Positions 29,401 through 44,636 of a stretch of 64,000 nucleotides of DNA are shown here, piece after piece. The notes beneath the pieces are model-generated. The model saw only the letters and a program-made list of their open reading frames with translations. It did not search any database and was not told the origin of the DNA. The DNA comes from Eledone cirrhosa (Eukaryota), in the NCBI GenBank assembly GCA_964016885.1, contig OZ024753.1, positions 15,624,001-15,688,000 of the forward strand, given 5' to 3'. The translations under genes and the position numbers were made by a program. The stretch's first letter is position 1, and each line of letters opens with the position of its first letter.

Positions 29401-32400
29401 GTATTGCAGCAGACCAAAGTACTATTCCAGCAGACCAAAGTACTATTCCAGCAGACCAAAGTACTATTCCAGCAGACCAAAGTACTATTCTAGCAGACCA
29501 AAGTACTATTCCAGCAGACGAAAGTACTATTCCAGCAGACCAAAGTACTATGACCAAAGTACTATTCTAGCAGACCAAAGTACTATTCCAGCAGACCAAA
29601 GTACTATTCCAGTAGACCAAAGTACTATTCCAGCAGACCAAAGTACTATTCTAGCAGACCAAAGTAGTATTGCAGCCCACCAAAATACTATTCCAGCAGA
29701 CCAAAGTACTATTCCAGCAGACCAAAGTACTATTCCAGCAGACCAAAGTACTATTCCAGCAGACCAAAGTACTATTCCAGCCGACCAAAGTACTATTCTA
29801 GCAGACCAAAGTAGTATTGCAGCAGACCAAAGTACTATTCCAGCAGACCAAAGTACTATTCCAGCAGACCAAAGTACTATTCTAGCAGACCAAAGTACTA
29901 TTCCCGCAGACCAAAGTACTATTCCAGCAGACCAAAGTAGTATTGCAGCAGACCAAAGTACTATTCCAGCAGACCAAAGTACTATTCCAGCAGACCAAAG
30001 TACTATTCTAGCAGACCAAAGTACTATTCCCGCAGACCAAAGTACTATTCCAGCAGACCAAAGTAGTATTGCAGCAGACCAAATTACTATTCCAGCAGAC
30101 CAAAGTACTATTCTAGCAGACCAAAGTACTATTCTAGCAGACCAAAGTACTATTCCAGCAGACCAAAGTACTATTCTAGCAGACCAAAGTAGTATTTCAG
30201 CAGACCAAAGTACTATTCCAGCAAACCAAAGTACTATTCCAGCAGACCAAAGTACTATTCTAGCAGACCAAATTACTATTCCCGCAGACGAAAGTACTAT
30301 TCCAGCAGACCAAAGTAGTATTGCAGCAGACCAAAGTACTATTCCAGCAGACCAAAGTACTATTCTAGCAGACCAAAGTACTATTCCCGCAGACCTAAGT
30401 ACTATTCCAGCAGACCAAAGTAGTATTGCAGCAGACCAAAGTACTATTCCAGCAGACCAAAGTACTATTCTAGCAGACCAAAGTAGTATTGCAGCAGACC
30501 AAAGTACTATTCCAGCAAACCAAAGTACTATTCCAGCAGACCAAAGTACTATTCTAGCAGACCAAATTACTATTTCCGCAGACCAAAGTACTATTCCCGC
30601 AGACCAAAGTAGTATTGCAGCAGACCAAAGTAGTATTCCAGCAGACCAAAGTAGTATTGCAGCAGACCAAAGTAGTATTGCAGCAGACCAAAGTACTATT
30701 CTAGCAGACCAAAGTACTATTCCCGCAGACCAAAGTACTATTCCAGCAGACCAAAGTAGTATTGCAGCAGACCAAAGTACTATTCCAGCAGACCAAAGTA
30801 CTATTCCAGCAGACCAAAGTACTATTCTAGCAGACCAAAGTACTATTCCCGCAGACCAAAGTACTATTCCAGCAGACCAAAGTACTATTGCAGCAGACCA
30901 AAGTAGTATTGCAGCAGACCAAAGTACTATTCCAGCAGACCAAAGTACTATTGCAGCAGACCAAAGTACTATTGCAGCAGACCAAAGTACTATTCCAGCA
31001 GACCAAAGTACTATTCCAGCAGACCAAAGTACTATTCCAGCAGACCAAAGTACTATTCCAGCAGACCAAAGTACTATTCCAGCTGACCAAAGTACTATTC
31101 CTGCAGACCAAAGTACTATTCCAGCAGACCAAAGTACTATTCCAGCAGACCAAAGTACTATTCTAGCAGACCAAAGTACTATTCCAGCAGACCAAAGTAC
31201 TATTCCAGCAGACCAAAGTACTATTCCAGCAGACCAAAGTACTATTCTAGCAGACCAAAGTACTATTCCAGCAGACCAAAGTACTATTCTAGCAGGCCAA
31301 AGTACTATTCCAGCAGACCAAAGTACTATTCCAGCAGACCAAAGTACTATTCCAGCAGACCAAAGTACTATTCTAGCAGACCAAAGTACTATTCCAGCAG
31401 ACCAAAGTACTATTCTAGCAGACCAAAGTACTATTCTAGCAGACCAAAGTACTATTCTAGCAGACCAAAGTACTATTCCAGCAGACGAAAGTACTATTCC
31501 AGCAGACCAAAGTACTATTCCAGCAGACCAAATTACTATTCCAGCAGACCAAATTACTATTCCAGCAGACCAAATTACTATTCTAGCAGACCAAAGTACT
31601 ATTCCAGCAGACCAAAGTACTATTCCAGCAGACCAAAGTACTATTCTAGCAGACCAAAGTACTATTCCAGCAGACCAAAGTACTATTCTAGCAGACCAAA
31701 GTACTATTCTAGCAGACCAAAGTACTATTCCAGCACACCAAAGTACTGTTCCAGCAGACCAAAGTATTATTCCAGCAGACCAAAGTACTATTCCAGCAGA
31801 CCAAAGTACTATTCCAGCAGACTAAAGTACTATTACAGCAGACCAAAGTACTATTCCAGCAGACCAAAGTACTATTCCAGCAGACCAAAGTACTATTCTA
31901 GCAGACGAAAGTACTATTCCAGCAGACGAAAGTACTATTCCAGCAGACCAAAGTACTATTCTAGCAGACCAAAGTACTATTCCAGCAGACCAAAGTACTA
32001 TTCCAGCAGACCAAAGTACTATTCCAGCAGACCAAAGTACTATTCCAGCAGAAGATAGTACTATTCTAGCAGACCAAAGTACTATTCTAGCAGACCAAAG
32101 TACTATTCCAGCACACCAAAGTACTGTTCCAGCAGACCAAAGTACTATTCCAGCAGACCAAAGTACTATTCCAGCAGACCAAAGTACTATTCCAGCAGAC
32201 CAAAGTACTATTCCAGCAGACGAAAGTACTATTCCAGCAGACCAAAGTACTATTCCAGCAGAGCAAAGTACTATTCCAGCAGACCAAAGTACTATTCCAG
32301 CAGACCAAAGTACTATTCCAGCAGACCAAAGTACTATTCCAGCAGACCAAAGTACTATTCCAGCAGAGCAAAGTACTATTCCAGCAGAGCAAAGTACTAT

Positions 32401-32730
32401 TCCAGCAGACCAAAGTACTATTCCAGCAGACCAAAGTACTATTCCAGCAGACCAAAGTACTATTCTAGCAGACGAAAGTACTATTCCAGCAGAAGATAGT
32501 ACTATTCTAGCAGACCAAAGTACTATTCCAGCAGACCAAAGTACTATTCCAGCAGACCAAAGTACTATTCTAGCAGACGAAAGTACTATTCCAGCAGAAG
32601 ATAGTACTATTCTAGCAGACCAAAGTACTATTCCAGCAGAGCAAAGTACTATTCCAGCAGACCAAAGTACTATTCCAGCAGACCAAAGTACTATTCCAGC
32701 AGACCAAAGTACTATCCCTGCAGACAGAAG
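8466..32730. repeat. 24-kb satellite, 21-bp unit CCAGCAGACCAAAGTACTATT (about 1150 copies) with higher-order repeats
   Basis: Direct reading; recurrent variants CTA, CCC, AGTAGTATTGC; degenerate units at both ends. Confidence 0.98.
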
Positions 32731-32743
32731 TATATTTATCTAC

Positions 32744-32810
32744 CTTAACGTAATTATACTCTTCCAGTAAAATACTCCATTCTGAGAATCTGCTACAATA
32801 AAATCTTCAG
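32744..32810 (-). CDS. Candidate 67-bp exon between the two satellites
   Basis: CAATAG|CT...TTAAG|GTAGAT; frame EDFIVADSQNGVFYWKSIITL. The acceptor is weak. Confidence 0.2.
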
Positions 32811-32934
32811 CTATTGATTAGTTACATCCGTGATGGTCAGTTTTATAAAAACACCATTAATGTTGATATTGATTTGAATTTCTAACTAACAACATTTAAT
32901 GTTCACTGGAGTAAATAAAAAAACAGTTAATGTG

Positions 32935-35900
32935 ACAGTCTTATCTTTGCATCAGTGTTAGCTGTAAGCCAGTCTTACCTATACACCAGTCTTAACTTTA
33001 CACCAGTCTTATCATTACACCAGTGTTATCTTTACACCAGTCTAACCTATACACCAGTCTTAACTATGCACAAGTCTTATCTTTACATCAGTCTTATCTT
33101 TACACCAGTCTTATCTTTACACCAGTCTTATCTTTACACCAGTCTTATCTTACACCAGTCTTATCTTACACCAGTCTTATCTTTACACCAGTCTTATCTT
33201 TACACCAGTCTTATCTCTACACCAGACTTATCTCTACACCAGTCTTATCTTTACACCAGTCTTATCTTTACACCAGTCTTATCTTACACCAGTCTTATCT
33301 TACACCAGTCTTATCTTTACACCAGTCTTATCTTTACACCAGTCTTATCTCTACACCAGACTTAGCTCTACACCAGTCTTATCTTTACACTAGTCTTATC
33401 TTTACACCAGTCTTACCTATACACCAGTCTTATCTTTACATCAGTCTTATCTTTACACCAGTCATATCTTTACATCAGTCTCACCTTTACACCAGTCTTA
33501 CCTATACACCAGTCTTATCTTTACATCAGTCTTATCTTTACACCAGTCTTATTTTTATACCAGTCTTATCTTTACACCAGTTTTATCTTTAAATCAGTCT
33601 TATCTTTACACTAGTCTTATCTTTACACCAGTCTTACCTATACACCAGTCTTAACTTTACACCAGTTTTACCTATACACCAGTCTTAACATTACACCGTC
33701 TTATCTTTACACCAGTCTTATCTCTACACCAGTCTTATCTTTACACCAGTGTTATCTCTACACCAGTCTTATCTTTACAATAGACTTAACTTTACATCAG
33801 TCTTATCTTTACACCAGTCTTACCTATACACTAGTCTTATCTTTACACCAGTCTTAACTTTACACCAGTCTTAACTTTACACTAGTTTTAACTTTACACC
33901 AGTCTTAACTTTACACCAGTCTTAATTTTACACCAGTCTTAACTTTACACTAGTCTCATCTTTACACCAGTCTTAACTTTACACTAGTCTTAACTTTACA
34001 CCAGTCTTATCTTTACACCAGTCTTATCTTTACACCAGTCTTACCTATACACTAGTCTTATCTTTACACCAGTCTTATCTTTACACCAGTCTTATCTTTA
34101 CACCAGTCATATCTTTACATCAGTCTCACCTTTACACCAGTATTACCTATACACCAGTCTTATCTTTACACCAGTCATATCTTTACATCAGTCTCACCTT
34201 TACACCAGTCTTACCTATACACCAGTCTTATCTTTACATCAGTCTTATCTTTACATCAATCTTATCTTTACATCAGTCTTATCTTTACACCAGTCTTATT
34301 TTTATACCAGTCTTATCTTTACACCAGTTTTATCTTTAAATCAGTCTTATCTTTACACTAGTCTTATCTTTACACCAGTCTTACCTATACACCAGTCTTA
34401 ACTTTACACCAGTTTTACCTATACACCAGTCTTAACATTACACTGTCTTATCTTTACACCAGTCTTATCTCTACACCAGTCTTATCTCTACACCAGTCTT
34501 ATCTTTACACCAGTCTTATCTTTACACCAGTGTTATCTCTACACCAGTCTTATCTTTACAATAGTCTTAACTTTACATCAGTCTTATCTTTACACCAGTC
34601 TTACCTATACACTAGTCTTATCTTTACACTAGTCTTAACTTTACACCAGTCTTAACTTTACACTAGTCTTAACTTTACACCAGTCTTATCTTTACACTAG
34701 TCTTAACTTTACACCAGTCTTAACTTTACACCAGTCTTATCTTTACACCAGTCTTAATTTTACACCAGTCTTAACTTTACACTAGTCTCATCTTTACATC
34801 AGTCTTAACTTTACACTAGTCTTAACTTTACACCAGTCTTATCTTTACACCAGTCCTATCTTTACACTAGTCTTAACTTTACACCAGTCCTATCTCTACA
34901 CCAGTCTTATCTTTACACCAGTCTTATCTCTACACCAGTCTTAACTTTACACTAGTCTTATCTTTACACCAGTCTTAACTTTAGACTAGTCTTATCTTTA
35001 TACCAGTCTTATCTCTACACCAGTCTTATCTTTACACCAGTCTTAACTTTACACAAATCTTATCTTTACACTAGTCTTAACTTTACACCAGTCTTAACTT
35101 TACACTAGTCTTAACTTAACACCAGTCTTAACTTTACACTAGTCTAAACTTTACACCAGTCTTATCTCTACACCAGGCTTATCTCTACACCAGTATTATC
35201 TTTACACCAGTATTATCTTTACACCAGTCTTAACTTTACACTAGTCTTATCTTTACACCAGCCTTACCTATACACCAGTCTTAACTTTACATCAGTCTTA
35301 TCATTACACCAGTCTTAACTTTACACCAGTCTTATCTTTATACCAGTCTTATTTTTATACCAGTCTTATCTTTACACCAGTTTTATCTTTACATCAGTCT
35401 TATCTTTACACTAGTCTTATCTTTACACCAGTCTTACCTATACACCAGTCTTAACTTTACACCAGTCTTACCTATACACCAGTCTTAACATTACACCAGT
35501 CTTATCTTTACACCAGTCTTATCTCTACACCAGTCTTATCTTTACACCAGTCTTATCTTTACACCAGTGTTATCTCTACACCAGTCTTATCTTTAAAATA
35601 GTCTTAACTTTACATCAGTCTTATCTTTACACCAGTCTTACCTATACACTAGTCTTATCTTTACACTAGTCTTAACTTTACACCAGTCTTAACTTTACAC
35701 TAGTCTTAACTTTACACCAGTCTTATCTTTACACTAGTCTTAACTTTACACCAGTCTTAACTTTACACTAGTTTTAACTTTACACCAGTCTTAACTTTAC
35801 ACCAGTCTTATCTTTACACCAGTCTTAACTTTACACTAGTCTCATCTTTACATCAATCTTAACTTTACACTAGTCTTAACTTTACACCAGTCTTATCTTT

Positions 35901-38900
35901 ACACTAGTCTTAACTTTACACCAGTCCTATCTCTACACCAGTCTTATCTTTACACCAGTCTTATCTCTACACCAGTCTTAACTTTACACTAGTCTTATCT
36001 TTACACCAGTCTTAACTTTACACTAGTCTTATCTTTATACCAGTCTTATCTCTACACCAGTCTTATCTTTACACTAGTCTTAACTTTACACCAGTCTTAT
36101 CTTTACACCAGTCTTATCTTTACACCTGTCTTAACTTTACACCAATCTTATCTTTACACTAGTCTTAACTTTACACCAGTCTTAACTTTACACTAGTCTT
36201 AACTTAACACCAGTCTTAACTTTACACTAGTCTAAACTTTACACCAGTCTTATCTCTACACCAGTCTTATCTCTACACCAGTATTATCTTTACACCAGTA
36301 TTATCTTTACACCAGTCTTAACTTTACACTAGTCTTATCTTTACACCAGCCTTACCTATACACCAGTCTTAACTTTACATCAGTCTTATCATTACACCAG
36401 TCTTAACTTTACACCAGTCTTATCTTTATACCAGTCTTATTTTTATACCAGTCTTATCTTTACACCAGTTTTATCTTTACATCAGTCTTATCTTTACACT
36501 AGTCTTATCTTTACATCAGTCTCACCTTTACACCAGTCTTACCTATACACCAGTCTTATCTTTACATCAATCTTATCTTTACATCAGTCTTATCTTTACA
36601 CTAGTCTTATCTTTACACCAGTCTTACCTATACACCAGTCTTACCTATACACCAGTCTTAACTTTACACCAGTCTTATCATTACACCAGTCTTAACTTTA
36701 CACCAGTCTTATCTTTATACCAGTCTTATTTTTATACCAGTCTTATCTTTACACCAGTTTTATCTTTACATCAGTCTTATCTTTACACCAGTCTTACCTA
36801 TACACTAGTCTTATCTTTACACCAGTCTTAACTTTACACTAGTCTTATCTTTACACTAGTCTTAACTTTACATCAATCTTAACTTTACACCAGTCTTATC
36901 TTTACACCAGTCTTAACTTTACACCAGTCTTAACTTTACACTAGTCTTAACTTTACACCGGTCTTATCTTTACACTAGTCTCATCTTTACACCAGTTTTA
37001 ACTTTACACTAGTCTTATCTCTACACCAGTCTTAACTTTACACTAGTCTTATATTTGCACCAGTCTTATCTCTACACCGGTCTTAACTTTACACTATTCT
37101 TATCTTTACACCAGTCTTATATCTACACCAGTCTTATCTTTACACTAGTCTTATCTTTACACCAGTCTTATCTCTACACCAGTCTTATCTTTACACTAGT
37201 CTTATCTTTACACTAGTCTTATCTTTGCACTAGTCTTATCTTTACACCAGTCTTTTCTTTACACCAGTCTAAACTTTACACCAGTCTTAACTTTACACTA
37301 GTCTTAACTTTACACTAGTCTTATCTTTACACTAGTCTTAACTTTACACTAGTCTTATCTTTACACCAGCCTTACCTATAGACCAGTCTTAACTTTACAT
37401 CAGTCTTATCATTACACCAGTCTTAACTTTACACCAGTCTTATCTTTATACCAGTCTTATTTTTATACCAGTCTTATCTTTACACCAGTTTTATCTTTAC
37501 ATCAGTCTTATCTTTACACTAGTCTTATCTTTACATCAGTCTCACCTTTACACCAGTCTTACCTATACACCAGTCTTATCTTTACATCAATCTTATCTTT
37601 ACATCAGTCTTATCTTTACACTAGTCTTATCTTTACACCAGTCTTACCTATACACCAGTCTTACCTATACACCAGTCTTAACTTTACATCAGTCTTATCA
37701 TTACACCAGTCTTAACTTTACACCAGTCTTATCTTTATACCAGTCTTATTTTTATACCAGTCTTATCTTTACACCAGTTTTATCTTTACATCAGTCTTAT
37801 CTTTACACCAGTCTTACCTATACACTAGTCTTATCTTTACACCAGTCTTAACTTTACACTAGTCTTATCTTTACACTAGTCTTAACTTTACATCAATCTT
37901 AACTTTACACCAGTCTTATCTTTACACCAGTCTTAACTTTACACCAGTCTTAACTTTACACTAGTCTTAACTTTACACCGGTCTTATCTTTACACTAGTC
38001 TCATCTTTACACCAGTTTTAACTTTACACTAGTCTTATCTCTACACCAGTCTTAACTTTACACTAGTCTTATATTTGCACCAGTCTTATCTCTACACCGG
38101 TCTTAACTTTACACTATTCTTATCTTTACACCAGTCTTATATCTACACCAGTCTTATCTTTACACTAGTCTTATCTTTACACTAGTCTTATCTTTGCACT
38201 AGTCTTATCTTTACACCAGTCTTTTCTTTACACCAGTCTAAACTTTACACCAGTCTTAACTTTACACTAGTCTTAACTTTACACTAGTCTTATCTTTACA
38301 CTAGTCTTAACTTTACACTAGTCTTATCTTTACACCAGCCTTACCTATACACCAGTCTTAACTTTACATCAGTCTTATCATTACACCAGTCTTAACTTTA
38401 CACCAGTCTTATCTTTATACCAGTCTTATTTTTATACCAGTCTTATCTTTACACCAGTTTTATCTTTACATCAGTCTTATCTTTACACTAGTCTTATCTT
38501 TACATCAGTCTCACCTTTACACCAGTCTTACCTATACACCAGTCTTATCTTTACATCAATCTTATCTTTACATCAGTCTTATCTTTACACTAGTCTTATC
38601 TTTACACCAGTCTTACCTATACACCAGTCTTACCTATACACCAGTCTTAACTTTACATCAGTCTTATCATTACACCAGTCTTAACTTTACACCAGTCTTA
38701 TCTTTATACCAGTCTTATTTTTATACCAGTCTTATCTTTACACCAGTTTTATCTTTACATCAGTCTTATCTTTACACCAGTCTTACCTATACACTAGTCT
38801 TATCTTTACACCAGTCTTAACTTTACACCAGTCTTAACTTTACACTAGTCTTCTCTTTACACTAGTCTTAACTTTACATCAATCTTAACTTTACACCAGT

Positions 38901-41900
38901 CTTATCTTTACACCAGCCTTAACTTTACACCAGTCTTAACTTTACACTAGTCTTAACTTTACACCGGTCTTATCTTTACACTAGTCTCATCTTTACACCA
39001 GTTTTAACTTTACACTAGTCTTATCTCTACACCAGTCTTAACTTTACACTAGTCTTATATTTGCACCAGTCTTATCTCTACACCGGTCTTAACTTTACAC
39101 TATTCTTATCTTTACACCAGTCTTATATCTACACCAGTCTTATCTTTACACTAGTCTTATCTTTACACCAGTCTTATCTCTACACCAGTCTTATCTTTAC
39201 ACTAGTCTTATCTTTACACTAGTCTTATCTTTGCACTAGTCTTATCTTTACACCAGTCTTTTCTTTACACCAGTCTAAACTTTACACCAGTCTTAACTTT
39301 ACACTAGTCTTAACTTTACACTAGTGTTATCTTTACACTAGTCTTAACTTTACACCAGTCTTAACTTTACATCAGTCTTATCTTTACACCAGTCTTATTT
39401 TTATACCAGTCTTATCTTTACACCAGTTTTATCTTTAAATCAGTCTTATCTTTACACTAGTCTTATCTTTACACCAGTCTTACCTATACACCAGTCTTAA
39501 CTTTACACCAGTTTTACCTATACACCAGTCTTAACATTACACCGTCTTATCTTTACACCAGTCTTATCTCTACACCAGTCTTATCTTTACACCAGTGTTA
39601 TCTCTACACCAGTCTTATCTTTACAATAGTCTTAACTTTACATCAGTCTTATCTTTACACCAGTCTTACCTATACACTAGTCTTATCTTTACACCAGTCT
39701 TAACTTTACACCAGTCTTAACTTTACACTAGTTTTAACTTTACACCAGTCTTAACTTTACACCAGTCTTAATTTTACACCAGTCTTAACTTTACACTAGT
39801 CTCATCTTTACACCAGTCTTAACTTTACACTAGTCTTAACTTTACACCAGTCTTATCTTTACACCAGTCTTATCTTTACACCAGTCTTACCTATACACTA
39901 GTCTTATCTTTACACCAGTCTTATCTTTACACCAGTCTTATCTTTACACCAGTCATATCTTTACATCAGTCTCACCTTTACACCAGTATTACCTATACAC
40001 CAGTCTTATCTTTACACCAGTCATATCTTTACATCAGTCTCACCTTTACACCAGTCTTACCTATACACCAGTCTTATCTTTACATCAGTCTTATCTTTAC
40101 ATCAATCTTATCTTTACATCAGTCTTATCTTTACACCAGTCTTATTTTTATACCAGTCTTATCTTTACACCAGTTTTATCTTTAAATCAGTCTTATCTTT
40201 ACACTAGTCTTATCTTTACACCAGTCTTACTTATACACCAGTCTTAACTTTACACCAGTTTTACCTATACACCAGTCTTAACATTACACCGTCTTATCTT
40301 TACACCAGTCTTATCTCTACACCAGTCTTATCTCTACACCAGTCTTATCTTTACACCAGTCTTATCTTTACACCAGTGTTATCTCTACACCAGTCTTATC
40401 TTTACAATAGTCTTAACTTTACATCAGTCTTATCTTTACACCAGTCTTACCTATACACTAGTCTTATCTTTACACTAGTCTTAACTTTACACCAGTCTTA
40501 ACTTTACACTAGTCTTAACTTTACACCAGTCTTATCTTTACACTAGTCTTAACTTTACACCAGTCTTAACTTTACACTAGTTTTAACTTTACACCAGTCT
40601 TAACTTTACACCAGTCTTATCTTTACACCAGTCTTAATTTTACACCAGTCTTAACTTTACACTAGTCTCATCTTTACATCAGTCTTAACTTTACACTAGT
40701 CTTAACTTTACACCAGTCTTATCTTTACACTAGTCTTAACTTTACACCAGTCCTATCTCTACACCAGTCTTATCTTTACACCAGTCTTATCTCTACACCA
40801 GTCTTAACTTTACACTAGTCTTATCTTTACACCAGTCTTAACTTTAGACTAGTCTTATCTTTATACCAGTCTTATCTCTACACCAGTCTTATCTTTACAC
40901 CAGTCTTATCTTTACACAAATCTTATCTTTACACTAGTCTTAACTTTACACCAGTCTTAACTTTACACTAGTCTTAACTTAACACCAGTCTTAACTTTAC
41001 ACTAGTCTAAACTTTACACCAGTCTTATCTCTACACCAGTCTTATCTCTACACCAGTATTATCTTTACACCAGTATTATCTTTACACCAGTCTTAACTTT
41101 ACACTAGTCTTATCTTTACACCAGCCTTACCTATACACCAGTCTTACCTTTACATCAGTCTTATCATTACACCAGTCTTAACTTTACACCAGTCTTATCT
41201 TTATACCAGTCTTATTTTTATACCAGTCTTATCTTTACACCAGTTTTATCTTTACATCAGTCTTATCTTTACACTAGTCTTATCTTTACACCAGTCTTAC
41301 CTATACACCAGTCTTAACTTTACACCAGTCTTACCTATACACCAGTCTTAACATTACACCAGTCTTATCTTTACACCAGTCTTATCTATACACCAGTCTT
41401 ATCTTTACACCAGTCTTATCTTTACACCAGTGTTATCTCTACACCAGTCTTATCTTTAAAATAGTCTTAACTTTACATCAGTCTTATCTTTACACCAGTC
41501 TTACCTATACACTAGTCTTATCTTTACACTAGTCTTAACTTTACACCAGTCTTAACTTTACACTAGTCTTAACTTTACACCAGTCTTATCTTTACACTAG
41601 TCTTAACTTTACACCAGTCTTAACTTTACACTAGTTTTAACTTTACACCAGTCTTAACTTTACACCACTCTTATCTTTACACCAGTCTTAACTTTACACT
41701 AGTCTCATCTTTACATCAGTCTTAACTTTACACTAGTCTTAACTTTACACCAGTCTTATCTTTACACTAGTCTTAACTTTACACCAGTCCTATCTCTACA
41801 CCAGTCTTATCTTTACACCAGTCTTATCTCTACACCAGTCTTAACTTTACACTAGTCTTATCTTTACACCAGTCTTAACTTTACACTAGTCTTATCTTTA

Positions 41901-44370
41901 TACCAGTCTTATCTCTACACCAGTCTTATCTTTACCCTAGTCTTAACTTTACACCAGTCTTATCTTTACACCAGTCTTATCTTTACACCAGTCTTAACTT
42001 TACACCAATCTTATCTTTACACTAGTCTTAACTTTACACCAGTCTTAACTTTACACTAGTCTTAACTTAACACCAGTCTTAACTTTACACTAGTCTAAAC
42101 TTTACACCAGTCTTATCTCTACACCAGTCTTATCTCTACACCAGTATTATCTTTACACCAGTATTATCTTTACACCAGTCTTAACTTTACACTAGTCTTA
42201 TCTTTACACCAGCCTTACCTATACACCAGTCTTAACTTTACATCAGTCTTATCATTACACCAGTCTTAACTTTACACCAGTCTTATCTTTATACCAGTCT
42301 TATTTTTATACCAGTCTTATCTTTACACCAGTTTTATCTTTACATCAGTCTTATCTTTACACTAGTCTTATCTTTACATCAGTCTCACCTTTACACCAGT
42401 CTTACCTATACACCAGTCTTATCTTTACATCAATCTTATCTTTACATCAGTCTTATCTTTACACTAGTCTTATCTTTACACCAGTCTTACCTATACACCA
42501 GTCTTACCTATACACCAGTCTTAACTTTACACCAGTCTTATCATTACACCAGTCTTAACTTTACACCAGTCTTATCTTTATACCAGTCTTATTTTTATAC
42601 CAGTCTTATCTTTACACCAGTTTTATCTTTACACCAGTCTTATCTCTACACCAGTCTTATCTTTACACTAGTCTTATCTTTACACTAGTCTTATCTTTGC
42701 ACTAGTCTTATCTTTACACCAGTCTTTTCTTTACACCAGTCTAAACTTTACACCAGTCTTAACTTTACACTAGTCTTAACTTTACACTAGTCTTATCTTT
42801 ACACTAGTCTTAACTTTACACTAGTCTTATCTTTACACCAGCCTTACCTATACACCAGTCTTAACTTTACATCAGTCTTATCATTACACCAGTCTTAACT
42901 TTACACCAGTCTTATCTTTATACCAGTCTTATTTTTATACCAGTCTTATCTTTACACCAGTTTTATCTTTACATCAGTCTTATCTTTACACTAGTCTTAT
43001 CTTTACATCAGTCTCACCTTTACACCAGTCTTACCTATACACCAGTCTTATCTTTACATCAATCTTATCTTTACATCAGTCTTATCTTTACACTAGTCTT
43101 ATCTTTACACCAGTCTTACCTATACACCAGTCTTACCTATACACCAGTCTTAACTTTACATCAGTCTTATCATTACACCAGTCTTAACTTTACACCAGTC
43201 TTATCTTTATACCAGTCTTATTTTTATACCAGTCTTATCTTTACACCAGTTTTATCTTTACATCAGTCTTATCTTTACACCAGTCTTACCTATACACTAG
43301 TCTTATCTTTACACCAGTCTTAACTTTACACCAGTCTTAACTTTACACTAGTCTTATCTTTACACTAGTCTTAACTTTACATCAATCTTAACTTTACACC
43401 AGTCTTATCTTTACACCAGTCTTAACTTTACACCAGTCTTAACTTTACACTAGTCTTAACTTTACACCGGTCTTATCTTTACACTAGTCTCATCTTTACA
43501 CCAGTTTTAACTTTACACTAGTCTTATCTCTACACCAGTCTTAACTTTACACTAGTCTTATATTTGCACCAGTCTTATCTCTACACCGGTCTTAACTTTA
43601 CACTATTCTTATCTTTACACCAGTCTTATATCTACACCAGTCTTATCTTTACACTAGTCTTATCTTTACACCAGTCTTATCTCTACACCAGTCTTATCTT
43701 TACACTAGTCTTATCTTTACACTAGTCTTATCTTTACACTAGTCTTATCTTTGCACTAGTCTTATCTTTACACCAGTCTTTTCTTTACACCAGTCTAAAC
43801 TTTACACCAGTCTTAACTTTACACTAGTCTTAACTTTACACTAGTCTTATCTTTACACTAGTCTTAACTTTACACCAGTCTTATCTTTACACCAGTCTTA
43901 TCTTTACACCAGTCTTAACTTTACACTAGTCTTATCGTTATACCAGTCTTATCTCTACACCAGTGTTATCTTTACACTAGTCTTATCTTTACACCAGTCT
44001 TATCTCTACACCAGTCTTAACTTTGCACCAGTCTTATCTTTACACCAGTCTTAACTTTACACCAGTCTTAACTTTACACCAGTCTTAACTTTACACTAGT
44101 CTTAACTTTACACTAGTCCTATCTTTACACCAGTCTTATCTTTACACTAGTCTTAACTTTACACCAGTCTTAACTTTACACCAGTCTTAACTTTACACTA
44201 GTCTTAACTTTACACTAGTCTTATCTTTACACCAGTCTTATCTTTACACTAGTCTTAACTTTGCACCAGTCTAAACTTTACACCAGTCTTACCTATACAC
44301 TAGTCTTAACTTTACACCAGTCTTATCTCTACACCAGTCTTAACTTTACACTAGTCTTAACTTTACACTA
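32935..44370. repeat. 11.4-kb satellite, 17-bp unit ACACCAGTCTTATCTTT (about 670 copies) with higher-order repeats
   Basis: Direct reading; variants CTAG, TTAACTTT, TTACCTAT. Confidence 0.98.
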
Positions 44371-44384
44371 CTGTTAGCTTTAGT

Positions 44385-44530
44385 TGGTGAATTGGCTGAG
44401 TTGTTAGAACATCAGATAGAAGCCTTTGAGATATTCCCTCCAGCTCTCCCCTTTCTGAGTTCAAATCCCACTGAGGTCAACTTTGCCTTTCATCCATTCA
44501 AGGTCAATAAAAAAAGTTCCAGTCTAATAC
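44385..44530 (+). mobile_element. Diverged second SINE family
   Basis: GGTGAATTGGCTGAGTTGTTAG...CTGAGTTCAAATCCCACTGAGGTCAACTTTGCCTTTCATCC; homologous in reverse to 54051-54257. Confidence 0.65.
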
Positions 44531-44636
44531 TTCCTTTTTATCTCTTTATCACCTCCTTACTCTCACTCTCCATCTTTCTCTGGAAGAAATCTGCTGTATT
44601 CAGGACTGGAGAAGAGGTGGGCTCAGCCAGGTTTTA

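Noticed and set aside
8446-32455. Very long ORFs (SAGIVLW)n and (PADQSTI)n as protein genes
   Set aside because: A 21-bp unit without stops yields these automatically. The common variants change amino acids, and frameshifts plus a stop near 31822 interrupt both frames.
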